Origin: an uncultured Candidatus Saccharibacteria bacterium
GTDB lineage: Bacteria > Patescibacteriota > Minisyncoccia > Phycocordibacterales > UBA12088
Direction: 5' to 3'
Assembly: GCA_964411375.1 (NCBI GenBank)
Contig: CAYPKR010000002.1
Location: forward strand, 129,960 to 193,959
DNA length: 64,000 nucleotides
The translations under genes and the position numbers were made by a program. Every line of letters starts with the position of its first letter. Positions within the stretch are counted from its first letter, which is position 1. Positions 16,993 through 26,974 of this stretch are shown here, in pieces. Below the pieces are notes generated by a model. The model made no database searches. It worked only from the letters and a program-made list of their open reading frames with translations, and was not told the DNA's origin.

Positions 16993-18309
16993 TTATTGAT
17001 TGAGTGCGGCACGAGTTTGTGGGCCAACATTTCCCACTTGCTCAAGACCATGTGCAGCCTGGAATTTTTTGACTGCGGCTTCGGTGAGTGATCCGAAATA
17101 TCCAGTTGCATCTCCCGAGAAGAAGCCGATCGATTTAAGGACGCTCTGAAGCTGTTTGACCGCATCACTGGTCATTCCAATATGCAGTTCGCTCGTGAAT
17201 TTGTAGCCTGAAGCACTTCCTCCTCCAGAAAGCGCGGCTGATACATTGGCGATCACGGTCTGGTCAGCGCCGAATGATTGAAGAAGTGAAAGGATTGCTT
17301 GCACTTGTGTGTTCGTGAGTCCAGAAGAATGTGAGTTTGGATAAAAATAATTTGTTGCGGGAGGAAGATTTGGCGCAACCGGTGTTGAAGTTGATTGCAC
17401 GAGAATCGTTGCTGATGCGTTGCCGATGTGATTGTACGGATCGGTTACCAAAATCGTCAATGTGTGTGAACCCGCGTCGCGATTAAGTGGCGTCCACGAA
17501 AAGTTACCGCTCGCGTCAATGTTGGAATTTGCAACACTACTTCCGTTTACCGAATCGTTCACGTAATACGATGAACTTGAGAATCCGTTTGCAACGATAC
17601 TGAATGTAAATGGCGTGCCGACCATGACCGAAGTACTTGTTGCGAGATTGGTGAGCGATACGTATGGCTGTCCACTTACTGTAATGACTGCAGTTGTTGT
17701 CATATTTTGTCCGAGTGAATCAGTGGCAGAAATAGTGAGCGTGTGTGTTCCGATGTCTGCATATTTCGGCGTCCAAGAGAAGTAGCCGGAAGCGTCCATG
17801 TTTGCACTCGTGACTGAAGTGCCACTGAAGGAATCAGAAAGCGTTAACACTTGATTGATAAATCCAACTGCAGAAACGGAAAAGCTAACGGAAGAACCTG
17901 CAGAAACTGCCTGATTGGTGAGCGAGAAGATGCCGAGGGATGCAGGAACTTTAACGGTGAGTGTGGTCATTCCGCTAATCGGATTTCCACCCGAATCTGC
18001 AGAACGGAGAGTCAGCATGTGTGTTCCGACGTCATTTCCATTTGGCGTCCATGAAAAATTTCCATTCGAATCGATGTTGGCGTTCGACACACTGCTTCCG
18101 CTAAACGAATCACTGATTGTATACACTGGGTTTGCACCACCGGCGCCTGAAGCGACAAACGTGACCGTGGAACCCGCTGAAATAATCGAACCTGGGGTCG
18201 GAGATGAGACCGACACGATATTTGCGAGCGCCGATACTGGTGCGACAAAAAGTACAATCGCCGAGATAGCGAGGAGGGCGCGGCGAATACTAAGGACGAC
18301 TGATTGCAT
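16993..18309 (-). CDS. Surface protein with three putative Ig-like repeats and a C-terminal peptidoglycan-binding domain
   Basis: Signal peptide; three NIDxxGxFSWTPxxxDxGxHxLT repeats; GYFGSLTEAAVKKFQ..GNVGPQTRAALN. Confidence 0.88.
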   Translation of the reverse strand: MQSVVLSIRRALLAISAIVLFVAPVSALANIVSVSSPTPGSIISAGSTVTFVASGAGGANPVYTISDSFSGSSVSNANIDSNGNFSWTPNGNDVGTHMLTLRSADSGGNPISGMTTLTVKVPASLGIFSLTNQAVSAGSSVSFSVSAVGFINQVLTLSDSFSGTSVTSANMDASGYFSWTPKYADIGTHTLTISATDSLGQNMTTTAVITVSGQPYVSLTNLATSTSVMVGTPFTFSIVANGFSSSSYYVNDSVNGSSVANSNIDASGNFSWTPLNRDAGSHTLTILVTDPYNHIGNASATILVQSTSTPVAPNLPPATNYFYPNSHSSGLTNTQVQAILSLLQSFGADQTVIANVSAALSGGGSASGYKFTSELHIGMTSDAVKQLQSVLKSIGFFSGDATGYFGSLTEAAVKKFQAAHGLEQVGNVGPQTRAALNQ

Positions 18310-18515
18310 AAATATTCGTTACGTTACTAGTAGATATTTCATGTACTATCGTATCATTCCACCCTCTTCTCCCGACAAGATATACACAATAAATGGCTAT
18401 ATATTTTATGAAAGAAATCCCCTTCCGCGGAGTCTTGAGTAATATCGGCGACCATTGAAGGAGGCCGAATTCTGTGGTAAGGTGCGTTCGGCCCCCATAG
18501 GGGCTTTTATTATTT

Positions 18516-19559
18516 ATGAAACTTTTCCTCAAAATACTGTCTACTCTCATCGCAACGATTATTTTCGTTGTGGCATCTTTGTTTGTTTGGAGACACACTT
18601 CGGAAGCGGAAAATACACGGTCTGATGCTCCGAACGATGCGGTTACCTGGGGCGTGGATTTTTCAGCAAGTCAGGCAGAATATCTCGGACTTGATCCGAA
18701 AGAAACATACGAAGCGATCATCCACGATCTCGGTGCCAAACATATAAAACTGCATATCAACTGGAATGCGGTCGAAGGATCGAAGGATTCCTATTATTTC
18801 AATGATGTCGACTGGCAAGTGAGCGAGGCAGAGAAAAACGGTGTCGAGCTCATTATGGTTGTCGGTATGAAAACCGGTCGTTGGCCGGAATGTCATTCCC
18901 CTTCTTGGACAGGAAATCTTTCGGCAGATGATCAGAAGGCGGAAGCGATTCAGTATGTGTCTGATATGGTGAATCGATACAAGGATTCAAAAGCAATCAA
19001 ATACTGGCAAATTGAAAACGAGCCGATGATCAAATTTGGTAAATGCCCCGGATGGTATTACGCCGATGATCATGAACTTCTTAAAGCAGAAGTTGCGAAA
19101 GTAAAATCAATTGATCCATCAAGAAAAATAATCGTCTCCGATTCGGGCGAATTGTCGTCGTGGACAGAAGTTGCAAAAATTGGCGACATTGTCGGAATTA
19201 CTATGTATCGAAATAGTTGGAAGCCGGGACTTTCGACTTTCGGTATTAATCCGTATGCGTTTCTTGCGCCTGAAGTCTACAAAGGCAAGGCGGCACTGAT
19301 ACAAAAGATGTTCGGCAAGGAAGTTATTTGTATCGAACTGCAGGCAGAACCGTGGGCATCGAAACCGCTTGCGGAAGCAAGCCTCGCTGATCAGGCAAAG
19401 TCGATGAATCCAGAGATGTTTGCCGAAAACATTGAATTTGCAAAACAAAGCGGACTCAAAGGATTTTATTTCTGGGGAGTCGAGTGGTGGTACGCCATGA
19501 AGACAAAGCACAATCAGCCAGAAATCTGGAATCAGGCGAAAGAATTGTTTGGAGAATAA
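18516..19559 (+). CDS. Membrane-anchored clan GH-A glycoside hydrolase
   Basis: N-terminal TM; acid/base WQIENEP; nucleophile region CIELQAEPW. Confidence 0.8.
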   Translation: MKLFLKILSTLIATIIFVVASLFVWRHTSEAENTRSDAPNDAVTWGVDFSASQAEYLGLDPKETYEAIIHDLGAKHIKLHINWNAVEGSKDSYYFNDVDWQVSEAEKNGVELIMVVGMKTGRWPECHSPSWTGNLSADDQKAEAIQYVSDMVNRYKDSKAIKYWQIENEPMIKFGKCPGWYYADDHELLKAEVAKVKSIDPSRKIIVSDSGELSSWTEVAKIGDIVGITMYRNSWKPGLSTFGINPYAFLAPEVYKGKAALIQKMFGKEVICIELQAEPWASKPLAEASLADQAKSMNPEMFAENIEFAKQSGLKGFYFWGVEWWYAMKTKHNQPEIWNQAKELFGE

Positions 19560-19562
19560 AAA

Positions 19563-19988
19563 TTATTTTCCTGAAAATTCCTTTGTGTCGTGATACTCGT
19601 GATAGTTTGCAGTGAGTTCCTCTCCTTCCTTAATATCGCGAAGCGCGACAAAATCTTCCCCACCACGAAGCGCTCCCATGTTTGGATCTTCTGAATGATT
19701 TAGAAAAAATGATTTGTCGATTGCATCGATCCCGTAACTTGGCACAAAATAAATACCGTTTTGGAGTACGCAAAAATCACGTACTAATTTTTTAGCTACT
19801 TCGGGAGCATCAAACGCTTCAAGCTCTGCTTCGGGAAGTTCGATAACGCCACCAAACGGATCGCAGTATTTAAACGGATCAGTCCCACGAGGAATGAGGC
19901 GCGTCGCGACAACACCGACACCGTGATCTGTAGGTGCAATTCGGCAATACGATTCTTTGAGAGATTGCAAGAATTGTTTCTTATCCAT
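19563..19988 (-). CDS. SET-domain protein
   Basis: HGVGVVA, FLNHSEDPN and ALRDIKEGEELTANY motifs. Confidence 0.92.
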   Translation of the reverse strand: MDKKQFLQSLKESYCRIAPTDHGVGVVATRLIPRGTDPFKYCDPFGGVIELPEAELEAFDAPEVAKKLVRDFCVLQNGIYFVPSYGIDAIDKSFFLNHSEDPNMGALRGGEDFVALRDIKEGEELTANYHEYHDTKEFSGK

Positions 19989-20129
19989 GAATCTGAATTA
20001 TACGGTGAGAGACTTCAGATTAAAACATTGTGGAAATATTATTTCACTAATCGTTCACATGCTCTTTGGTACGATTCTTCCTAGGTCGGACTGGTCCCCG
20101 ACCGAAGATTACAATCTAATCAAAAGAGC

Positions 20130-20219
20130 ATGGATGACAAAGAAAAAAAGCGAATGGAGAATGAGCAGAGAATCAAGGATGAACAAAATCGCGCTAATGA
20201 TTCAGAGAAACGCGCGTAG
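20130..20219 (+). CDS. Possible 29-aa highly charged small protein
   Basis: MDDKEKKRMENEQRIKDEQNRANDSEKRA*, followed by a palindrome. Confidence 0.35.
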   Translation: MDDKEKKRMENEQRIKDEQNRANDSEKRA

Positions 20220-20261
20220 TACATCCGACAGCCCTGCCCCAAAAAGAATAGCGAAAGTGAT

Positions 20262-20289
20262 TCTGACCGCGGCATATGCCGCGGTCAGA
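20262..20289. repeat. Perfect 28-bp palindrome
   Basis: TCTGACCGCGGCAT|ATGCCGCGGTCAGA. Confidence 0.85.
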
Positions 20290-20353
20290 CGGCGGGGAAA
20301 ATAGCGAAATCTCATGTATTCTTCATGTTTGAGCAGTATACTTGTGCATAAAA

Positions 20354-22453
20354 ATGGCTACAGCACCACTTACCATACAAGATCCAATTTCAGCCAAGAG
20401 CGGGAACGCTCTTAAATCCCGTATTGCCTCTTTTTTGCTCGTCTTTATTGCCATGACTTTGACCGGCAAAATCGGCCAGTACATTTTCTTCAATTTGGAT
20501 ATTTCGCCGGCGGTTATCTGGCCACCGGTTGGTATCGCGCTTGCCGCCGCATTTCTCGGAGGATATTGGATGGCGATTCCCATTTTTTTGGCACAAGTCG
20601 CGCTCACGGTCACCAGCCCTCGACCATCGATGTTTATCGTCGGTGCGGCATCAATTTTTTTCTACACAATACAACCGTTTATCGGAGCATACATTTTAAA
20701 GCGCTTTTGTTTTGATGAAAAAATCAATCGCGCAAAGGACGCGCTGCTTCTGATATTAGTCGCGCTTATCCTGCCAATGTTTGCGCCTCTATTCCTTTCA
20801 ACTACTCAGTTACTTGTGGGAACGCTCCAAGTGCCATTTTGGCAATCATGGAGTCGTGCAAGCGCCGGCGGTGTCTTAAGCATCATGATTTTAACGCCAT
20901 TCATAACCGCGTGGCGAAAGTTTCCTTTTGATCTCTTTACCGGAGAAAAACTGCTTGAAGTGATCGCATCAGTATCGCTACTTATTATCTGTATTTATGC
21001 AACATTTTGGACTACTCTTCCTCGTGCAAATGTATTTTTGGTTCTGTACATACTTTTTGCAACGCTCTTTTGGATTGGACTCCGTCTTGAATCGCGAATG
21101 ATGTCGCTTGCGCTTTTTTTGATCACGACGCTCGGTATCACCGGAAGCATATTGGCGCATCCAAGCGCAGTACCGCTTAACCAACAACTTTTTGCAGACG
21201 AATTGTTTATTATTTTGATTGCGCCGATCTTCATTCTTCTTGCTTCCCTCGTTGAAGAAAAAAAGAATGCAACACGGTCGCTCTCTGCACGTGCAATGGA
21301 GCTCGAAAAAGCGCTGGATCGACTTTCCCACGAAGATCAATCAAAAAATGAGTTTATTGCGATTCTTGCACATGAGCTTCGGAATCCGTTGGCGCCGATT
21401 TTAAGTACACTTGAACTCTTGAAAATTGAGGCGGCTGATCCCGAAGCAGCCAGACTTATCAAAAATACAATTACGCAAACCAACACGATGCGTCGCCTGC
21501 TCGACGATCTTCTTGATGCTGCTCGAGTGTCGCAACAGCGATTTGTTCTCAAAAAAGAAACCGTCGAGTTTCGCCAGATCGCTGAGAATGCCGCTGCAAG
21601 CGTTGAAGCATTTTTCGAAAGCAAAGGTCACAAACTTTCTGTTTCCCTTCCATCGACACCGACATTTTTGAATGTCGATCCGGTTCGTTTTGAACAAATC
21701 ATTGTTAATTTGTTAAATAACGCTGGTAAATATACTGATTCGAGAGGACGTATTTCTCTCGAAGCTTTTGTCGAAGGAGATACGCTCATGATCCGCGTGA
21801 GAGATAACGGCATTGGTATACACGAAGACGAACTCCAAAGTATTTTTGCGCCGTTCTATCAGATTCGCGCACATCCACGAGTAGGAAGTGGACTTGGTAT
21901 TGGATTGTCCCTCACAAAACGGCTTGTTGAAATGCATGGTGGAAAGATCGAATCATCGAGCGACGGAATAGGAAAAGGAAGTACATTTACCGTCCGCATT
22001 CCATGCGTGCAGATGCAGCGGAAAGGAATCCCGATTACGATCCCAAAAGCCACAGTTCTAGGGAGTGACGGCGGTTGGAAAGTACTCGTCGTCGATGATA
22101 ATCGCGCGGCGGCGGAAGGAATTGCGGCACTTCTTAAATATCGCGGTCATTCAGTCGCGGTTGTGCATAGCGGTGAAGAAGCAGTGGAAACAGCGAGCGA
22201 ATTTGATCCGAATGTGGTACTTCTTGACATCGGACTTCCGGACATAGACGGCTACGAAGTAGCGAGAAGACTTCGAGCAGCACATTTCTCTGCTCCGCTT
22301 GTTGCACTCTCCGGGTATGGGCAGGAAGAGCACAAACAAAAAGCGCGTGAAGCAGGATTTAATCATCACCTGACAAAACCATCAGGAATTGCTGATATTG
22401 AAGAGGTGTTCCAAAAAATTAAATATCAAGGGAGTGAGTCGAGAGTGTCGTAG
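20354..22453 (+). CDS. Hybrid sensor histidine kinase (MASE1-HisKA-HATPase-REC)
   Basis: AVIWPPVGIALA, H-box AHELRNPL, NLLNNAGKY, GLGIGL and receiver LLDIGLP. Confidence 0.94.
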   Translation: MATAPLTIQDPISAKSGNALKSRIASFLLVFIAMTLTGKIGQYIFFNLDISPAVIWPPVGIALAAAFLGGYWMAIPIFLAQVALTVTSPRPSMFIVGAASIFFYTIQPFIGAYILKRFCFDEKINRAKDALLLILVALILPMFAPLFLSTTQLLVGTLQVPFWQSWSRASAGGVLSIMILTPFITAWRKFPFDLFTGEKLLEVIASVSLLIICIYATFWTTLPRANVFLVLYILFATLFWIGLRLESRMMSLALFLITTLGITGSILAHPSAVPLNQQLFADELFIILIAPIFILLASLVEEKKNATRSLSARAMELEKALDRLSHEDQSKNEFIAILAHELRNPLAPILSTLELLKIEAADPEAARLIKNTITQTNTMRRLLDDLLDAARVSQQRFVLKKETVEFRQIAENAAASVEAFFESKGHKLSVSLPSTPTFLNVDPVRFEQIIVNLLNNAGKYTDSRGRISLEAFVEGDTLMIRVRDNGIGIHEDELQSIFAPFYQIRAHPRVGSGLGIGLSLTKRLVEMHGGKIESSSDGIGKGSTFTVRIPCVQMQRKGIPITIPKATVLGSDGGWKVLVVDDNRAAAEGIAALLKYRGHSVAVVHSGEEAVETASEFDPNVVLLDIGLPDIDGYEVARRLRAAHFSAPLVALSGYGQEEHKQKAREAGFNHHLTKPSGIADIEEVFQKIKYQGSESRVS

Positions 22454-22490
22454 CACTTTCCGTTTCTCTAAGAGATTGGCATACTGAAGT

Positions 22491-23117
22491 ATGCTTGGTC
22501 TGAACAAGAAAGAGACAGAGATTTTCAAAAAACTGACGACGCCGATCAAGATACAGGATTTCGTAAATACGATTCCTGTTAATTTTGAAAAGCACGGCGA
22601 GACGTTGTATTCCCCGAGACGCGTTCTCGAAGAACACAAAGCGCACTGCTTCGAAGGCGCGCTACTTGCTGCGGCGATTCTGTGGTTCCACGGAGAAAAA
22701 CCCCTAATAATTGATATCATCTCAAGCGATGATGACGAATCGCATGTGCTTGCGCTCTATCAAAGAAACGGTCTTTGGGGAGCAATCAGCAAAACCAATC
22801 ATGCAACGATCCGATTTCGCGATCCAGTGTACAAAAATGTACGTGAGCTCGTCATGTCGTATTTCCACGAATATTTTTTAAATACGACCGGCAAAAAAAC
22901 ACTGCGCACCTATCCGAAGCCGTTTAACCTCGCATCTCTTGGTGAATCGTGGGTGACGTCCACAACTGATTTGTGGAACATCAACGATCTTCTCGATGAT
23001 CGTGAACATTTTGATATTGTTCCACGTGGACACGAACGGTATTTGCGACACGCCGACAAAATGGAGATACAAGCCGGCAAAATCATTGAGTGGCAGAAGC
23101 GCGATCCCCGCACATAA
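22491..23117 (+). CDS. Conserved hypothetical protein, transglutaminase-like
   Basis: HCFEGALLAAA and DDDESHV (Cys/His); WGAISKTNH. Confidence 0.7.
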   Translation: MLGLNKKETEIFKKLTTPIKIQDFVNTIPVNFEKHGETLYSPRRVLEEHKAHCFEGALLAAAILWFHGEKPLIIDIISSDDDESHVLALYQRNGLWGAISKTNHATIRFRDPVYKNVRELVMSYFHEYFLNTTGKKTLRTYPKPFNLASLGESWVTSTTDLWNINDLLDDREHFDIVPRGHERYLRHADKMEIQAGKIIEWQKRDPRT

Positions 23118-23178
23118 CGCACACGTGCTGTTTTTTCTGCTCGAGCTATACTAGAGGCAGTTTTATTAACCTCAATAT

Positions 23179-23607
23179 ATGTATATGGAAATGGTGCCGA
23201 TTAATTACTTGGCGGTCTTTGCGTCAGTTGTAGTCATGGTAGTACTTGGTTCGCTCTGGTATGGACCTTTGTTTGGAAAAACATGGGCGCGACTTGCAGG
23301 AATTTCGATGGACCGAAAACCATCAAGCGGAGAAATGGCAAAGCTTGTCGGTATCATGGCGATTGGATCGTTTTTTATGGCGTTTGTTCTCGCGCATTCA
23401 CTCGTATTCGCCGCGTCGTACACACAAAGTAGCGGTATCTCTGCGGGACTCATGGCGGCATTTTGGAACTGGCTTGGCTTTATCGTTCCGCTTACCGTCT
23501 CGCCAGTACTCTGGGAGAAAAAACCGTGGTCACTCTTCTTCCTTAACTCTGCATACTATCTCGTCGGTCTTTGCCTTATGGGCACTATTCTTGCGATTTG
23601 GGTCTAA
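23179..23607 (+). CDS. DUF1761-like membrane protein
   Basis: INYLAV..GSLWYGPLFGKTW; 4 TM. Confidence 0.85.
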   Translation: MYMEMVPINYLAVFASVVVMVVLGSLWYGPLFGKTWARLAGISMDRKPSSGEMAKLVGIMAIGSFFMAFVLAHSLVFAASYTQSSGISAGLMAAFWNWLGFIVPLTVSPVLWEKKPWSLFFLNSAYYLVGLCLMGTILAIWV

Positions 23608-23654
23608 GATTTCCCTTCCGCATTCCAACAAAACAAGCCATACTGAACTGATCT

Positions 23655-24254
23655 ATGGGAATAGTCGAAATCTACCTCGCAGCCAAGGCATGGGTTTGGA
23701 GTTCGAAGTATCTTCTCCTGTTTGCCGGATGTTACCTCGAAGGCACACTCGTCATGATGGCGGGCGGCGTGTTGTGGCATTTGGGACAGGTTGAATTCTG
23801 GCCGATGTACCTAGCACTTCTTCTTGGTGATTTTCTCTCCGACATAATGTGGTATCTGATCGGCTACTTTGGAGCGCGGCCCGTGGTTGCCAAATGGGGG
23901 CATCTCTTTGGAATGACGCCGCCCGTTATGGAAAAAGTGGAACGACGATTCAATACGCATCACGATTGGATTCTTGCCATTTCAAAACTCACGATGGGCT
24001 TCGGGTTTGCGATTGCAACGCTCGTAACCGCCGGAATGCTCCGCGTGTCATTCTTCCGCTATGTCCTAATAAACGGAGTTCTCGGAATCGCATGGGTATT
24101 TGCGATGGTTATGGTTGGCTATTACTTTGGAAATCTCATCGAACTCTTCCCTATTCCGCGAATATACAAGATTGGTGGCGCAGCAGTCTTCCTCATCATT
24201 GCCGCAACTCTCATGGCTTTGATAAATCGTCGACTCGCAAAATCAGATTGGTAG
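23655..24254 (+). CDS. DedA/VTT family membrane protein
   Basis: LEGTLVM, GDFLSDIMWYLIG and AGMLRVSFFRY motifs. Confidence 0.85.
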   Translation: MGIVEIYLAAKAWVWSSKYLLLFAGCYLEGTLVMMAGGVLWHLGQVEFWPMYLALLLGDFLSDIMWYLIGYFGARPVVAKWGHLFGMTPPVMEKVERRFNTHHDWILAISKLTMGFGFAIATLVTAGMLRVSFFRYVLINGVLGIAWVFAMVMVGYYFGNLIELFPIPRIYKIGGAAVFLIIAATLMALINRRLAKSDW

Positions 24255-24255
24255 C

Positions 24256-24978
24256 ATGAAACTTTCGATCATTATTCCAACATTTGAGGAAGCGGGGGCG
24301 ATCGAACGCACGCTTCAGAATCTTCAAGGACTCGGAAGTATTTCTCATGAAATTATTGTTGCCGACAGTGGCTCAACCGATCAAACGGTTGAAATTGCTA
24401 AAAAATATACTGACAAAGTGTATGTCTACACCGATCAGCCAAAGAATGCGTCACGCGGACGAAATCTTGGTGCGCTTCACGCATCAGGAGAGTTACTCGC
24501 ATTCATCGACGCTGATGTACTTCCAGTGAATCCAAACGAATTTTTCAAAGAAGCAATTCGCCGTTTTGACGCTGATCCAAAACTCGTTGCGGCTGGAGTA
24601 TGCGTACGTGCACTTCCGGAAGTCGAAACATGGAGCGACCGAATATCTCATATTTTGGTAAATCTCTTTTGCTATCTTTCCAACAATATTCTCCGAGTTG
24701 GCGGAATTTCGGGAGAGTTTCAAATGATCAGAAAGGATGCATTTGAAAAAGTCGGTAAATACAATGAGCATTTAAAAATCACGGAAGATAATGATCTCTA
24801 TGGACGCTTAGTCAAAATCGGCAAGACCCGCACCTTTTGGAATTTGATGGTGATGCATCCCAGCCGCCGCGCCCATGCGATTGGCTGGCGAAGACTTTGG
24901 ACTGAATGGATCTTGAATCTTATTTCAGTCAAACTTCGTGGAAGGTCATGGAGCGACGAGTGGCTCCATATCCGCTAA
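24256..24978 (+). CDS. GT2 glycosyltransferase
   Basis: SIIIPT, VADSGSTD, FIDAD and TEDND motifs. Confidence 0.92.
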   Translation: MKLSIIIPTFEEAGAIERTLQNLQGLGSISHEIIVADSGSTDQTVEIAKKYTDKVYVYTDQPKNASRGRNLGALHASGELLAFIDADVLPVNPNEFFKEAIRRFDADPKLVAAGVCVRALPEVETWSDRISHILVNLFCYLSNNILRVGGISGEFQMIRKDAFEKVGKYNEHLKITEDNDLYGRLVKIGKTRTFWNLMVMHPSRRAHAIGWRRLWTEWILNLISVKLRGRSWSDEWLHIR

Positions 24979-24980
24979 AT

Positions 24981-26129
24981 TTATTTTTTGTGCTCACGAA
25001 TCGCCTGCTCGTAGAGCGATACGATTTCTGAAAGTACCTCTTTCTCTGAATAGTGCATCGATAATTCTCTCGAGCGCTTACCAAATCGTTCACGAAGCGC
25101 TTGATCAGACAAAAGCTCGATTGTTTTTTCTGCCATTTTCTTTGGATCATCGGGAGGTGTTAAAAATGCATTACCACCGTCTTCAAACATTTCCTCAAGA
25201 CCGAGTGAGCGAGTTGCAACGATCGGGAGTCCGACTGCCATTGCTTCCATCAAGGCGAGCGGCATATTTTCACTCTTGCTCGCGGTCAAAAACACATCTC
25301 CTTCGCGCATCCGATCAACCAATTCTTGTCCATGAATAAATCCAGTGATTGTCGTATTTGTCTGAATCCCCTTTTGTTTGATGTACGCATCGAGAATGCC
25401 GCGCTCCCCGCCATCTCCAATAAGGACAAGTTTGGTATTTGGATGTTTTTGGATTATGAGGGACGCGGCATCAATAACGCCTTTTACATTTTTTTCGTAA
25501 CTCAACCGACCCATGTAAATAAGGGTCTGGTCTTTGTTCGTATTTTTACGAGCTGAAGCGGGCGAAAAAAAATCGACATCAAGGATGTTTGGCAACACGA
25601 CAATCGGACGACGAAGCAGGTACATTTCAAAATAGCGTGCAAGTGATTTGCTTGGACTGACAACAATGCAGCAATTATTGTAATAGCGAATGGTTAAATA
25701 CCACGCCGCTTTTCTAGACCAATCAAAATCGATGTAGACATGTTTCAAATAATGATCGAGAAAAGTGTGATGCGTTCCAATTAATGGCACATGCAGTTTT
25801 TTTGCCGCCTTCGCCGCATGATGTCCCATGCCAAATGGCGTGTGCGTATGAATGATATCAGGTGCGAATGCACGAAGATCAGATACGACATTTCCAATCG
25901 GAAGACAAACTCGCTCGCCAGGATACACGAAAAGCGGCATCGAATGCATTTTGCGCACGGTAAACGCATTCCCTACTTTTTGCTGTAATTCTGCTTCGGA
26001 AAGCGCGGAGACCGTATAGACGCGAACGGTATGCCCTGCCTTTGAGAGCGCATGTGCATAGCGATAAACCGTGTTTGCGACCCCATTCACTTGCGGGTAG
26101 AAGGTGTCGGTGAATAAGGCGATTCTCAT
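24981..26129 (-). CDS. GT4 glycosyltransferase (diacylglycerol glucosyltransferase-like)
   Basis: MRIALFTDTFYPQVNGV, HTHTPF, GRLSYEKN and ENMPLALMEAMA motifs. Confidence 0.92.
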   Translation of the reverse strand: MRIALFTDTFYPQVNGVANTVYRYAHALSKAGHTVRVYTVSALSEAELQQKVGNAFTVRKMHSMPLFVYPGERVCLPIGNVVSDLRAFAPDIIHTHTPFGMGHHAAKAAKKLHVPLIGTHHTFLDHYLKHVYIDFDWSRKAAWYLTIRYYNNCCIVVSPSKSLARYFEMYLLRRPIVVLPNILDVDFFSPASARKNTNKDQTLIYMGRLSYEKNVKGVIDAASLIIQKHPNTKLVLIGDGGERGILDAYIKQKGIQTNTTITGFIHGQELVDRMREGDVFLTASKSENMPLALMEAMAVGLPIVATRSLGLEEMFEDGGNAFLTPPDDPKKMAEKTIELLSDQALRERFGKRSRELSMHYSEKEVLSEIVSLYEQAIREHKK

Positions 26130-26185
26130 GAAGAATAGTGGATTTGAAAGTACTGTGATTGTAGTACATATTGAGAAAAAATCGA

Positions 26186-26211
26186 GCGCCCGGAATGTTT
26201 CATCCGGGCGC
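26186..26211. terminator. Hairpin terminator after the orphan membrane gene
   Basis: GCGCCCGGA..TCCGGGCGC, with a U-run on the minus strand. Confidence 0.65.
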
Positions 26212-26218
26212 AAAATGA

Positions 26219-26839
26219 TTACTTCGGTTTCGGTGGCCAGTTCCTATAGGCAGGAGGAAAGGCGGCTCCGACCTCCTGCGGCCGCATGTTCCTCATTATC
26301 CACTCGGGAGCTGCTTTCTTCAGCCATGCTTGCTGGTCGAGACGTCCGGTCCGCGCATCATAGACAAACGTCCCGACCCAGACTGCGAATAGAGCGATTC
26401 CCCACACCCAGTACGGGATAACGTAGTCGGTCTCGTTACCAAGTGCGACGAATACGAAGAATGATTCAGATACGAGGAATGCAAGAATCGGGACAATTAT
26501 GAGCGTATGATATGCTTCGCCCGATTTTCCGATAAAGGTGCCGCTTTTGCGGGATTCGATGGTCATAAAATACACCACGAAGATAACCGCTATCAATATA
26601 GAAACAGGCATGACACCATCAAATGTTTCGAATTCCGCCCAAGGATTATCATGGAGCCCCTGGAGAGCCATACCGATCAGTAATACAAGCGCCGTGTCAC
26701 CAATAAGGCTCGAGTACGAGTTGTTGTACGACATTCCTTCATGCTTCTGGCGAATCGGATGGAGTGCCCCCACGCATATAAACCAGAGAGTGAATGTTGC
26801 GAACATGGGGACGAGCGAAAACAATGCCATCAACAGCAT
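26219..26839 (-). CDS. Orphan multi-TM membrane protein
   Basis: About 5 TM; own TTGACA promoter, GGAG SD and terminator. Confidence 0.7.
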   Translation of the reverse strand: MLLMALFSLVPMFATFTLWFICVGALHPIRQKHEGMSYNNSYSSLIGDTALVLLIGMALQGLHDNPWAEFETFDGVMPVSILIAVIFVVYFMTIESRKSGTFIGKSGEAYHTLIIVPILAFLVSESFFVFVALGNETDYVIPYWVWGIALFAVWVGTFVYDARTGRLDQQAWLKKAAPEWIMRNMRPQEVGAAFPPAYRNWPPKPK

Positions 26840-26974
26840 CAGATTTCTCCGAAGATCAAAGACGCGGTTGCTCCGCGCCGAGCTAGCAGGAATATAACAT
26901 ATATTTTAAATTTGTCAAAAATGCCGTCCCCACTTTTGGGACTTGGCATAAATACGAGATGCTACAATTCAAAG

